64,000 nucleotides of DNA from Eledone cirrhosa. Taxonomy: Eukaryota. The first letter of the stretch is position 1, and each line of letters begins with the position of its first letter. Location: NCBI GenBank assembly GCA_964016885.1, contig OZ024741.1, positions 398,784,001 through 398,848,000 of the forward strand. The letters are read 5' to 3'. Below the pieces are notes generated by a model. That model was not told where the DNA came from and searched no databases. It saw nothing but the letters and a program-made list of their open reading frames with translations. Both the position numbers and the translations under genes were made by a program. Shown here in pieces: positions 34,101 through 49,100 of this stretch.

Positions 34101-37100
34101 ACCCCTTAGATGTAAAACCTACCCTTAACTATAAAACCACCCCTTAGCTATAAAACCTATCCTTAGCTATAAAACCAACCCTTATCTATAATACCTACCT
34201 TTAGCTATAACACCACCCTTAGCTATAAAACCAGTCCTTAGCTATAAAACCTACCCTTAGCTATAAAACCACCCCTTAGATATAACAGCTACACTTAGCT
34301 ATAAAACAAGTCCTTAGCTATAAAAATCTAGCCTTAGCTATAAAACCTAGTCTTAGCTATAAAACCAGTCCTTAGCTATAAAACCAGTTCTTAGCTATAA
34401 TACCAGACCTTAGCTATAAAATCTAGCCTTTGCTATAAAACCTACCCTTAGCTATAAAACCTAGTCTTAGCTATAAAACCAGTCCGTAGCTATAAAACCA
34501 ACCCTTAGCTATAAAACCAGTTCTTAGCTATAAAACCAGACCTTAGCTATAAAATCTAGCCTTAGCTATAAAACCAACCCTTTGCTATAAAACCTACCCG
34601 TAGCTATAAAACCTAGCCTTAGCTATAAAACCAGTCCTTAGTTAAAAAACCTAGCCTTAGCTATAAAACCAGTCCTTAGCTATAAAACCAGTCGTTAGCT
34701 ATAAAACCTAGCCTTAGCTATAAAACCTAGTCTTAGCTATAAAACCAGTCCTTAGCTATAAAACCAGTTCTTAGCTATAATACCAGACCTTAGCTATAAA
34801 ATCTAGCCTTTGCTATAAAACCTACCCTTAGCTATAAAACCTAGTCTTAGCTATAAAACCAGTCCGTAGCTATAAAACCAACCCTTAGCTATAAAACCAG
34901 TTCTTAGCTATAAAACCAGACCTTAGCTATAAAATCTAGCCTTAGCTATAAAACCAACCCTTTGCTATAAAACCTACCCTTATCTATAAAACCTAGCCTT
35001 AGCTATAAAACCAGTCCTTAGTTAAAAAACCTAGCCTTAGCTATAAAACCAGTCCTTAGCTATAAAACCAGTCGTTAGCTATAAAACCTAGCCTTAGCTA
35101 TAAAACCAGTCTTTAGCTATAAAACCTACCCTTTGTCATAAAACATACCCTTAACTATAAAAGCAGTTCTTAGCTAGAAATCAAGACCTTAGCTATAAAA
35201 CCTAGTCTTAGCTATAAAACCAGTCCTTAGCTATAAAAATTAGCCTTAGCTATAAAACCAGTCCTTAGCTATAAAACCAACCCTTAGCTATAAAACCTAG
35301 TCTTAGCTATAAAACCAGTCCTTAGCTATGAAACCAACCCTTAACTATAAAACCAGTTCTTAGTTATAAAACCAGATCTTAGCTATGAAACCTAGCCTTA
35401 GCTATAAAACCAGTCCTTAGCTATAAAACCAGTCGTTAGTTATAAAACCTACGCTTTGCTATAAAACCAGTCCTTAGCTATAAAACCTAGCCTTAGCTAT
35501 AAAACCAACCCTTTGCTATAAAAAGTACACGTATCTATAAAGCCTAACTTTAGCTTAAAACCAAAGATTAGCTATAAAACCAGTCCTTAGTTATAAAACC
35601 TAGCCTTAGCTATAAAACCAGTCCTTAGCTATAAAAACAGACCTTAGCTATAAAACCTAGTCGTAGCTCTAAAACCAGTAGTTAGATATAAAACCTAGCC
35701 TTAGCTATAAAACCAGTCCTTAGCTATAAAACGAAACTTTTGCTATAAAACTTACCCTTAGCTATAAAACCTAGTCTTAGCTATAAAACCAGTCCGAAGC
35801 TATAAAACCAAACCTTAGCTATAAAACCAGTTCTTAGCTATAAAACCAGACCTTAGCTATACAATCTAGCCTTTGCTATAAACCCAATCCTTAGCTATAA
35901 AACCCAGCCTTAGTTATAAAACCAGTCCTTAGCTATAAAACCAACCCTTTGCTATAAAACCTACCCTTAGCTATAAAACCTAGCCATAGTTATAAAACCA
36001 GTCCTTAGGTATAAAACATAGTCTTAGCTATAAAACTAGTCTTTCGCTATAAAACCTACCCTTTGTCATAAAACCTACCCTTAACTATAAAACCAGTTCT
36101 TAGCTAGAAATCCAGACCTTAGCTATAAAACCTAGCCTTAGCTATAAAACCAGTCCTTAGCTATAAACCTACCCTTTGTCATAAAACCTACCCTTTGTCA
36201 TAAAACCAGTCCTTAGCTATAAAACCTAGCCTTAGCCATAAAATTAGTCCTTAGATATAAAACCAACCCTTAGCTATAAAACCGACCTTAGATATAAAAC
36301 CAACCCTTAACTATAAAACCAACCCTTAGCTATAAAACCAGTACTTAGCTATAAAACCAGTCCTTAGCTATAAAACCTACCCTTAGATGTAAAACTACCT
36401 CTTAGCTATAAAAGCTACACTTAGCTATAAAACCTAACCTTAGCTATAAAACCACCCATTAGCTATAAAACCTACCCTTAGCTATAAAAACTAACCTTAG
36501 CTACAAAATCCCCCTTAGCTATAAAAGCTACCCTTAGTTATAAAACCAACCCTTAGATATAAAACCAGTCCTTAACTCTAAAACCAGACTTTAGCTATAA
36601 AACCTACCCTTAGATAAAAAACTACCTCTTAGTTATAAAACCTAACCTTAGCTATAAAACCTAATCTTAGCTATAAGACTTACTCTTAGCTATAAAACTA
36701 GACTTTAAATGTAAAACCTACCCTTAGCTATAAAAACTACCCTTAGCTATAAAACCCACCCTTAGCTATAAAACCAGTTCTCAGCTATAAAACCTACCCT
36801 TAGCAATAAAACAAGCCCTGAGCTATAAAACCAGTCCTTAGCTATAAAACCAATCCTTAGCTAAAAAACCAGTCCTTAGTTATAAAACCAGCCCTGAGAT
36901 ATAAAACCTACCCTTAACTATAAATCCATCCTTAGCTATAAAACCAGTCTTTAGCTATAAAACCTACCCTTAGATATAAAACTACCTCTTATCTATAAAA
37001 CCTACACTTAGATATAACACCTACCCTTAGCTATAAAACCAGTCCTTAGCTATAAAACCAGTCCTTAGCTATAAAACCTGTCTTCAGCTATAAAACCTAC

Positions 37101-40100
37101 CCTTACATCTAAAACTAGCTCTTAGCTATAAAACCTAACCTTTGTTATAAACCATAACCTTAGCTATAAAGCACCCTTTAGTTATAAAATCTAGCCTTAG
37201 CTATAAAACTAGACTTTAAATATAAAACATACTGTTAGCTATAAAACCTACCCTTAGCTATAAAACCCACCCTTAGCTATAAAACCAGTCCTTAGCTTTA
37301 AAACTAGAGGTTAGCTATAAAACCTACCCTTATCTATAAAACCAGTCTTTATCTATAAACCTACCCTTTGCCATAAACCAGTCTTTAGCTATAAAACCTA
37401 GCCTTAGCTATAAAACCTACCCTTTGCTATAAAAACTACTCGTATCTATAAAGACTACCTTTAGCTTAAAACCTAAGATTAGCTATAAAACCAGTCCTTA
37501 ACTATAAAAACCACCACTTAGATATAACAGCTACCCTTAGCTATAAAACACACCCTTAGCTATAAAACTAATCTTTTGGTATAAACCTATCCTTAGCTAT
37601 AAAACCAAACCTTAGCTATAAAACCAGTCCTTAACTATAAAAACCAGTCCTTAGTTTAAAACCACCATTAGCTATAAAACCAGTCCTTAGCTATAAAATC
37701 AACCCTTAATAATAAAATTAGGTCTTAGCTATAACACTAGTCGTTAGTTATAAAACAATCATTTATCTATAAAACCTACCTTCAACTGTAAAACCTACCC
37801 TTACCTATAAAACTAGTTCTTTGCTATAAAACCAGTCCTTAGCTATAAAACCTACCCTTAGCTATAACACTAGTCCTTAGATATAAATCTAACCCTTAGC
37901 TATAAAACCGACCTTAGCTATAAAACATACCCTTAGCTATAAAACCTAACGTTAGCTATAAAACGATCCATTAGCTATAAAACCTACCCTTAGCTATAAA
38001 ACCTAACCTTAGCTACAAAAGCCCCCCTTAGCTATAACAGCTGCCCTTAGTTATAAAACCAACCATTAGCTATAAAACCAGTGCTTAGATCTAAAACCAG
38101 ACTTTAGCTATAAAACCTACCCTTAGATAAAAAACTACCTCTTAGCTATAAAACCTAACCTTAGCTATAAAACCTATTCTTAGCTATAAAACCTACCCAT
38201 AGCTATAAAACTAGTCTTTAAATGCAAAACCTAACCTTAGCTATAAACCCACCCTTAGCTATAAAACCAATTCTCAGCTATAACACCTACCCTTAGCTAT
38301 AAAACCAGACCTTAGCTATAAAACCAGCCCTGAGCTATAAAACCTACCCTTAACTATAAAACCAATCATTAGCTATAAAACCAGTCCTAAGCTATAAAAC
38401 CTACCCTTAGATATAACACTACCTCTTATCTATAAAACCTACCCTTAGCTATAAAACCACCCCCTAGCTATAACAGCTACCCTTAGCTATAAGACCAATC
38501 CTTAGCTATAAAACCAGTGCTTAGCTATAAAACAAGTGCTTAGCTATAACACCAGTATTCAGCTATAAAACCTACCCTTACATATAAAACTAACTCTTAG
38601 CTATAAAACCTAACCTTAGCTATAAAACATAACCTTAGCTATAAACCATCCCTTAGCTATAAAACCTACCCTTAGCTATAAAACTAGTCTTTAAATATAA
38701 AACCTACCGATAGCTATAAAACCTACTCTTAGCTATATAACCCACACTTAGCTATAAAACCTAGCCTTAGCTATAAAACCAGTCGTTAGCTATAAAACCT
38801 AGCCTTAGCTATAAAACCAGTCTTTAGCTATAAAACCTACACTTTGTCATAAAACCTACCCTTAACTATAAAACCAGTCCTTAGCTATAAAACCAAACCT
38901 TATCTATAAAACCTACCCTTAGATATAAAACCACCTCTTAGCTATAACAGCTACACTTAGCTATAAAACCATGCCTTAGCTATAAAACCTAGCCTTAGCT
39001 ATAAAACCAGTACTTAGCTATAAAACCAACCCTTTGCTATAAAACTTACACTTAGCTATAAAACCTAGTCTTAACTATAAAACCAGTCTTAGCTATAAAA
39101 CCAACCCTTAGCTATAAAACCTGTTCTTAGCTATAAAACCAGACCTTAGCTATAAAACCTAGCCTTACCTATAAAACCAGTCCTTAGCTATAAAACCAGT
39201 CTTTAGCTATAAACCTACCGTTTGTCATAAAACCTACCCTTTGCTATAAAACCAGTCCTTAGCTATAACACCTAGCCTCAGCTATAAAACCTACCCTTTG
39301 CTATAAAAACAACTTAGCTTAAAACCTAAGATTAGCTAGAAAACCAGTCCTTAACTATAAAAACCAGTCCTTAGCTATAAAACCTACCCTTAGATATAAA
39401 ACTACCTCTTAGCTATAAAACCTACTCTCAGCTATAAAACCTAAACTTAGCTATAAAACCACCCCTTAGCTATAAAACCTACCCTTAGCTATAAAACTAG
39501 TCATTTGCTATAAACCTACCCTTAGCTATAAAACCACCCCTTAGCTATAAGAGTTACCGTTAGCTATAAAACCAACCCTTAGCTATCAAACCAGTCCTTA
39601 ACTATAAAAACCAGTCCTTAGCTATAAAACCACCGTTAGCTATAAAACTAGTCCTTAGCTATAAACCTACCCTTTGTCATAAAACCAGCCCTTAGCTATA
39701 AAACCTTGCCTTAGTTATAAAATTAGTCCTTAGATATAAAACCAACCCTTAGCAATAAAACCAGTCCTTAGCTATTAAACCTACCCTTAGATGTAAAACT
39801 ACCTCTTAGCTATAAAAACCACACTTAGCTATAAAACCTAACCTTAGCTATAAAACCACCCATTAGCTATAAAACCTACCCTTAGCTATAAAAACTAACC
39901 TCAGCTACAAAATCCCCCCTTAGCTATAACAGCTACCCTTAGTTATAAAACCAACCCTTAGATATAAAACCAGTCCTTAACTCTAAAACCAGACTTTAGC
40001 TATAAAACCTACCCTTAGATAAAAAACTACCTCTTAGTTATAAAACCTAACCTTAGCTATAAAACCTAATCTTAGCTATAAGACTTACCCTTAGCTATAA

Positions 40101-43100
40101 AACTAGTCTTTAAATGTAAAACCTACCCTTAGCTATAAAAACTACCCTTAGCTATAAAACCCACCCTTAGCTATAAAACCAGTTCTCAGCTATAAAACCT
40201 ACCCTTTGCTATAAAACCAGCTCTGAGCTATAAAACCAGTCCTTAGCTTTAAAACCAATCCTTAGCTAAAAAACCAGTCCTTAGTTATAAAACCAGCCCT
40301 GAGATATAAAACCTACCCTTAACTATAAATCCATCCTTAGCTATAAAACCAGTCTTTAGCTATAAAACCTACCCTTAGATATAAAACTACCTCTTATCTA
40401 TAAAACCTACACTTAGATATAAAACCTACCCTTAGCTATAAAACCAGTCCTTAGCTATAAAACCAGTGGTTAGCTATAAAACCTACCCTTATCTATAAAA
40501 CCAGTCTTTATCTATAAACCTACCCTTTGCCATAAAACCATTCTTTAGCTATAAAACCTAGCCTTAGCTATAAAACCTACCCATTGCTATAAAAACTACA
40601 CGTATCTATAAAGCCTACCTTTAGCTTAAAACCTAAGATTAGCTATAAAACCAGTCCTTAACTATAAAAACCACCACTTAGATATAACAGCTACCCTTAG
40701 CTATAAAACACACCCTTAGTTATAAAACCAGTTCTTAACTATAAAATCCAGTCCTTAGCTATAAAACCTACCCTTAGATATAAAACTACCTCTTAGCTAT
40801 AAAAGCTACTCTTAGCTATAAAACCTAACCTAAGCTATAAAACCACCCCTTAGCTATAAAACCTACCCTTAGCTATAAAACTAATCTTTTGGTATAAACC
40901 TATCCTTAGCTATAAAACCAAACCTTAGCTATAAAACCAGGCCTTAGCTATAAAATCAATCCTTAATAATAAAATTAGGTCTTAGCTATAACACTAGTCG
41001 TTAGTTATAAAACAATCATTTATCTATAAAACCTACCTTCAACTGTAAAACCTACCCTTACCTATAAAAATAGTTCTTAGCTATAAAACCAGTCCTTAGA
41101 TATAAAACCTACCCTTAGCTATAAAACTAGTCCTTAGATATAAATCTAACCCTTAGCTATAAAACCAACCTTAGCTATAAAATATACCCTTAGCTATAAA
41201 ACCTAACGTTAGCTATAAAACGATCCATTAGCTATAAAACCTACCCTTAGCTATAAAACTTAACCTTAGCTACAAAAGCCCCCCTTAGCTATAACAGCTA
41301 CCCTTAGTTATAAAACCAACCATTAGCTATAAAACCAGTGCTTAGATCTAAAACCAGACTTTAGCTATAAAACCTACCCTTAGATAAAAAACTACCTCTT
41401 AGCTATAAAACCAGTCCTTAGCTATAAAACCAGTCTTTAGCTATAAACCTACCGTTTGTCATAAAACCTACCCTTTGCTATAAAACCAGTCCTTAGCTAT
41501 AACACCTAGCCTCAGCTATAAAACCAACCCTTTGCTATAAAAACAAATTAGCTTAAAACCTAAGATTAGCTAGAAAACCAGTCCTTAACTATAAAAACCA
41601 GTCCTTAGCTATAAAACCTACCCTTAGGTATAAACCTACCTCTTAGCTATAAAACCTACCCTCAGCTATAAAACCTAAACTTAGCTATAAAACCACCCCT
41701 TAGCTATAAAACCTACCCTTAGCTATAAAACTAGTCATTTGCTATAAACCTACCCTTAACTATAAAACCACCCCTTAGCTATAAGAGCTACCGTTAGCTA
41801 TAAAACCAACCCTTAGCTATAAAACCAGTCCTTAACTATAAAAACCAGTCCTTAGCTATAAAACCACCGTTAGCTATAAAGCCAGTCCTTAGCTATAAAC
41901 CTACCCTTTGTCATAAAACCAGTCCTTAGCTATAAAACCTTGGCTTAGCTATAAACTAGTCCTTAGTTATAAAACCAACCCTTAGCTATAAAACCGACCT
42001 TAGCTATAAAACTTCCCCTTAATTATAAACCCAACCCTTAGCTATAAAACCAACCCTTTGCTATAAAAACTACACGTATCTATAAAGCCTGCCTTTAGCT
42101 TAAAACCTAAGATTAGCTATAAAACCAGTCATTAACTATAAAAACCACCCCTTAGCTATAAACAGCTACCCTTAGCTATAAAACAAACCCTTAGCTATAA
42201 AACCACCCCTTAGCTATAACAGCTACACTTAGCTATAAAACCATGCCTTAGCTATAAAACCTAGCCTTAGATATAAAACCTAAACTTAGCTATAAAACCA
42301 CCCATTAGCTATAAAACCTACACTTAGCTATAAAACCTAACATTTAGATATAAAAGCCCCCTTAGCTATAACAGCTACCCTTAGTTATAAAACCAACCCT
42401 TAGCTATAAAACCAGTCCTTAGCTATAAAACCATTCTTTAGTTATATAACCTACCCTTAGATATAAATCTACCACTTAGATATAAAACCTACCCTCAGCT
42501 ATAAAGCCTAAACTTAGTTATAAAACCACCCCTTAGCTATAAAACTTACACTTAGCTATAAAACTAGTCATTTGGTATAAACCTACCCTTAGCTATAAAT
42601 CCACCCCTTAGCTATAAGAGCTACCGTTAGCTATAAAACCAACCCTTAGCTATAAAACCAGTCCTTAACTATAAAAACCAGTCCTTAGCTATAAAACCAC
42701 CGTTAGCTATAAAGCCAGTCCTTAGCTATAAACCTACCCTTTGTCATAAAACCAGTCCTTAGCTATAAAACCTAGCCTAAAGCTATAAAACTAGTCCTTA
42801 GTTATAAAACCAACCCTTAGCTATAAAACCGACCTTAGCTATAAAACTTCCCCTTAACTATAAACCCAACCCTTAGCTATAAAACCTGCTCTTAGCTATA
42901 AAACCAGTCCTTAGTTATAAAACCTACCCTTAGATATAAAACTACCTCTTAGCTATAAAATCTACCCTTAGCTATAAAACCTAACCTTAGCTACAAAAGC
43001 CCCCCTTAGCTATATCAGCTACCCTTAGTTATAAAACCCACCCTAGGATATATAACCAGTCCTTAGCTCTAAAACCAGACTTTAGCTATAAAACCTACCC

Positions 43101-46100
43101 TTAGATAAAAAAGTACTTGTTAGCTATAATACCTAACCTTATCTATAAAACCTAATCTTAGCTATAAAACATACCCTTAGCTATAAAACTAGTCATTACA
43201 TGTAAAACCTACCCTTAGCTATAAAACCCACACTTAGCTATAAAACCAGTGCTCAGCTATAAAACCTACCCTTAGCTATAAAACCAGTCCTTAGCTATAA
43301 AACCTACTCTTAGTTACAAAACCGGTCCTTAGCTATAAAACCAGACATTAGTTATAAAACCTACCTTTAGATATAAAACTACCTCTTAGCTATAAAACCT
43401 ACCCTTAGCTATAGAACTAGTCTTTAGCTATAAAAACTACCCTTAGCTATAAAACCAGACTTAAACTATAAAACCTACACTTAGCTATAAAACTAGTCCT
43501 TAGATATAAAACCAACCCTTAGCTATAAAACCGATCCTAAGCTATCAAACCTACCTTGAGCTATAAAACCAACCTTTTGCTATAAAACCTACTCTTAGTT
43601 ATAAAACCGGTCCTTAGCTATAAAACCAGACTTTAGTTATAAAACCTACCTTTAGATATACAACTACCTATTAGCTATAAAACCTACCCTTAGCTATAAA
43701 ACTAGTGCTCAGCTATAAAACCTACCCTTAGCTATAAAACCAGCCCTTAGCTATAAAACCAGTCCTTAGCTATAAAACCTACCCTTAGCTAGAAAGCTAG
43801 TCCTTAGCTATAAAACGAATCCTTAGCTATAAAACCAGCCCTAAGATATAAAACCAGTCTGTAGATATAAAACCTAGCATTAGCTATAAAACCAGTCCTT
43901 AGCTATAAAACGAATCCTTAGCAATAAAATCTAGACTTAGCTGGAACACCAGTTCTTAGATATAAAACCTACCCTTAGTTATAAAACCAGTCCTTAGCTA
44001 TAAAACATACCCTTTGCTACAAAATTTACCCTTAGCTATAAAACCTAGTCTTAGCTATAAAACCAGTTCCTAGCTATAAAACCAACCCTTAGCCATAAAA
44101 CCAGTTCTTAGCTATAAAACAAGACCTTAGCTATAAAACCAATCCTTAGCTATAAAACCTAGCCTTAGCTATAAAACCACCCCTTATATATAACAGCTAC
44201 ACTTAGCTATAAAACCAGTCCTTAGCTTTAAAACCAACCCTTTACTATAAAATCTACCCTTAGCTATAAAACCTAGTCTTAGCTATAGAACCAGTCCTTA
44301 GCTATGAAACCAACCCTTAGCTATAAAACCAGTTCTAAGCTATAAAACCAGATCTTAGCTATAAAACCTAGACTTAGCTATAAAACCAGTCCTTAGATAC
44401 AAAACCATCCGTTAGCTATAAAACATACCCTTAGCTATAAAACCAGTCCTTAGTTATAACTCCTAATCTTAGCTATAAAACCAACCCTTTGCTATAAAAA
44501 CTACACGTATCTATAAAGCCTACCTTTAGCTTAAAACCTAAGATTAGCTATAAAACCAGTCCTTAACTATAAAAACCACCCCTTAGCTATAACAGCTACC
44601 CTTAGCTATAAAACAAACCCTTAGCTATAACACCAGTCCTTAGCTATAAAACCTACCCTTAGCTATAAAACATAATCTTAGCTATAAAACCACCCATTAG
44701 CTATAAAACCTACCCTTAGCTATAAAACCCACCCTTAGCTATAAAACTAGTCTTTAAATATAAAACCCAGCCTTAGCTACAAAACCTACCATTAGCTATA
44801 ACACCCACCCTTAGCTATAAAACCAGTCGTCAGCTATAAAACCTACCCTTAGCTATAACACCAGCCCTTAGCTATAAAACCAGTCCTTAGCTATAAAACC
44901 ATTCTTTAGTTATATAACGTACTCTTAGATATAAATCTACCTCTTAGCTATAAAACCTACCCTTAGCTATAAGACATAATCTTAGCTATAAAACCACCCA
45001 TTAGCTATAAAACCAACACTTAGCTATAAAACCTAACCTTAGCTATAAAAGCCCCCCTTAGCTATAACAGCTACCCTTAGTTATAAAACCAACCCTTAGC
45101 TATAAAACCAGTCCTTAGCTATAAAACCAGTCTTTAGCTATAAAACCTAACCTTAGCTATAAAACTAGTCTTTAAATATAAAACCCAGCCTTAGCTACAA
45201 AACCTACCCATAGCTATAACACCCACCCTTAGCTATAAATCCAGTCCTTAGCTATCAAACCTACCCTTAGCTAGAAAGCCAGTCCTTAGCTATAAAACCA
45301 GCCCTTAGCTATAAACCTACCCTTAGCTAGAAAGCCAGTCCTTAGCTATAAAACCAATCCTTAGCTATAAAACCAGTCCTTAGTTATAAAATCAGCCCTG
45401 AGCTATAAAACCTACCCTTGGCTATAATAACTAACCTTAGCTATAACACCACCTTTTAGCTATAAAACCAGTCCATAGCTATAAAACTACCCTTATCTAT
45501 AAAACTCGTCTTTAAATATAAAACCTACCCTTAGCTATAAAACTCATCTTTAAATATAAAACCTACCCTTAGCTATAAAAACTACCCTTATCTATAAAAC
45601 CAACCCTTAGCTATAAAACCAGTCCTTAGCTATAAAACCATTCTTTAGTTATATAACCTACCCTTAGATATAAATCTAACTCTTAGCTATAAAACCTACC
45701 CTTAGCTATAAAACCTAAACATAGCTATAAAACCACCCATTAGCTATAAAACCTACACTTAGCTATAAAACCTAACCTTAGCAATAAAAGCCCCCCTTAG
45801 CTATAACAGCTACCTTTAGTTATAAAACCAACCCTTAGCTATAAAACCAGTCCGTAGCTATAAAACCAGTCTTTAGCTATAAAACCTAACCTTAGCTATA
45901 AAACCTAATCTCAGCTATAAAACCTACCCTTAGCTATAAAACTAGTCTTTAAATATAAAACCCACCCTTAGCTAGAAAACTTACCCTTAGCTATAAAACC
46001 CACCCTTAGCTATAAAACAAGTCCTCAGCTATAAAACCTACCCTTAGCTATAACACTAGCCCTTAGCTATAAACCTACCCTTAGCTAGAAAGCCAGTCCT

Positions 46101-49100
46101 TAGCTATAAAACCAATCCTTAGCTATAAAACCAGTCCTTAGTTATAAAACTACCCTTATCTATAAAACCAAACCTTGGCTATAATAACTAACCTTAGCTA
46201 TAACACCACCTTTTAGCTATAAAACCTAGCCTTAACTATAAAACTACCCTTATCTATAAAATCAATCCTTATCTATAAAACCTATCCTTAGTTATAAAAC
46301 CAATCCTTAGCTATAAAACCTACCCCTAGCTATAAAACTAGTCTTTAAATATAAAACCTACCCTTAGCTATCAAACCTACCCGTATCTTTAAAACCAACC
46401 CTTAGCTACAAAACCAGTCCTTAGCTATAAAACCAGTCCTTAGCTATAAAACCAGTACTTAGTGATAAAATCTATCCCTTAGCTATAACAGCTACCCTTA
46501 GTTATAAAACCTACCCTTAGATATAAAATTACCCCTTAGCTATAAAACCTACCCTTAGCTATAAATTCTACCCTTAGATATAAAACCAGTCCTTAGCTCT
46601 AAAACCAGACTTTAGCTATAAAACCTACCCTTAGATAAAAAAGTACCTGTTAGCTATAATACCTAACTTTAGCTATAAAACCTAATCTTAGCTTTAAAAC
46701 ATACCCTTAGCTATAAAACTAGTCTTTAAATGTAAAACCTACCCTTAGCTATAAAACCCACACTTAGCTATAAAACCAGTCCTCAGCTATAAAACCTACC
46801 CTCAGCTAGAGAGCCAGTGCTTAGCTAAAAAACAAATCATTAGCTATAAAACCAGTCCTTAGTTATAAAACCAACCCTGAGATATAAAACCTAACCTTGA
46901 TAAAATCAACCCTTAATAATAAAACCAGTTCTTAGCTATAAAACTAGTCTTTAGCTATAAAACCTACCCTTAGCTATAAAACCAGACTTTAACTATAAAA
47001 CCTACTCTTAGCTATAAAACTAGTCCTTAGATATAAAACCAAACCGTAGCTATAAAACCGATCCTTAGCTATAAAACTTACTCTTAGCTATAAAACCGGT
47101 CCTTAGCTATAAAACCAGACTTTCGTTATAAAACCTAACCTCAGATATAAAACTACCTCTTAGCTACAAAACCTACCATTAGCTATAAAACTAGTGCTCA
47201 GCTATAAAACCTACCCTTAGCTATAAAACCAGTCCTTAGCTATAAAACCAGTCCTTAGCTATAAAACGAATCCTTAGCTACAAAACTAGCCCTAAGATAT
47301 AAAACCAGTCCGTAGCTATAAAACCTAGCATTAGCTATAAAACTAGTCCTTAGCTATAAAACCAATCCTTAGCAATAAAATCTAGACTTGGCTGGAACAC
47401 CAGTTCTTAGATATAAAACCTACCCTTAGCTATAAAACCAGTCCTTGGCTATAAAACCTACCCTTTGCTACAAAACCTACCTTTAGGTATAAAACCTAGT
47501 CTTAGATATAGAACCAGTTCCTAGCTATAAAACCAACCCTTAGCCATAAAACCAGTTCTTAGCTATAAAACAAGACCTTAGCTATAAAATCTAGCTTAGC
47601 TATAAAACCAACCCTTAGCTATAAAACCTAGCCTTAGCTATAAAACCACCCCTTAGCTATAACAGCTACCCTTAGCTATAAAACAAACCCTTAGCTATAA
47701 CACCAGTCCTTAGCTATAAAATCATTCTTTAGTTATATAACCTACCCTTAGATATATATCTACCTCTTAGCTATAAAACCTACCCTTAGCTATAAAACCT
47801 AACCTTAGCTATAAAACCTACCATTAGCTATGAAACCTACCCTTAGCTATAAAACCTACCCTTAACTATAAAACCAACCCTTAGCTATAAAACCTAAACT
47901 TAGCTATAAAACCACCCATTAGCTATAAAAGCTACACTTAGCTATAAAACCTAACCTTAGCTATAAAAGCCCTCCCACTTATCTATAAAAGCTACCCTTA
48001 GTTATAAAACCAACCCTTAGCTATAAAACCAGTCCTTAGCTATAAAAACATTTTTAGTTATATAACCTACCCTTAGATATAAATGTACCTCTTAGCTATA
48101 AAACCTACCCTTAGCTATAAAGCCTAAACTTAGCTATAAAACCACCCATTAGCTATAAATCCAGCCCTTAGCTATAAAACCTACCCTTAGCGAGAAAGCC
48201 AGTCCTTAACTATAAAACCAATCCTTAGCTATAAAACCAATCCTTAGTTATAAAACTAGTCTTTAAATATAAAACCTACCCTTAGCTATAAAACCAAACC
48301 TTAACTATAAACCCAACCCTTAGCTATAAAACCTACTCTTAGCTATGAAACCAGTCCTTAGCTATAAAACCTACCCTTAGATATAAAACTACCTCTTAGC
48401 TATAAAACCTACCCATAGCTATAAAACCTAACCTTAGCTATAAAACCACCCATTAGCTATAAATCCTACCCTTAGCTATAAAAACTAACCTTAGCTACAA
48501 AAGCCCCCCTTAGCTATATCAGCTACCCTTAGTAATAAAACCCACCCTTAGATATATAACCAGTCCTTAGCTCTAAAACCAGACTTTAGCTATAAAACCT
48601 ACCGTTAGATAAAAAAGTACTTGTTAGCTATAATACCTAACCTTAGCTGTAAAACCTAATCTTAGCTATAAAACCTACCCTTAGCTATAAAACCCACACT
48701 TAGTTATAAAAACAGTCCTCAGCTATAAAACCTACCCTTAGCTATAAAACCAGTCCTTAGCTATAAAACCTACCCTCAGCTAGAAGTCCAGTCCATAGCT
48801 AAAAAACAAATCCTTAGCTATAAAACCAGTTCTTAGCTATAAAACTAGTCTTTAACAATAAAACCTATCCTTAGCTATAAAACCAACCCTTAGGAAGAAA
48901 ACCTGTCCTTAGCTATAAAACCTACCCTTAGCTATAAAACTAGTCCTTAGATATAAAACCAACCCTTAACTATAAAACCAACCCTTAGCTATAAAACCTA
49001 TTCTTAGCTATAAAACCGGTCCTTAGCTATAAAACCAGACTTTAGTTATAAAACCTACCCTTAGATATAAAACTACCACTTAGCTATGTAACCAGCCCTT

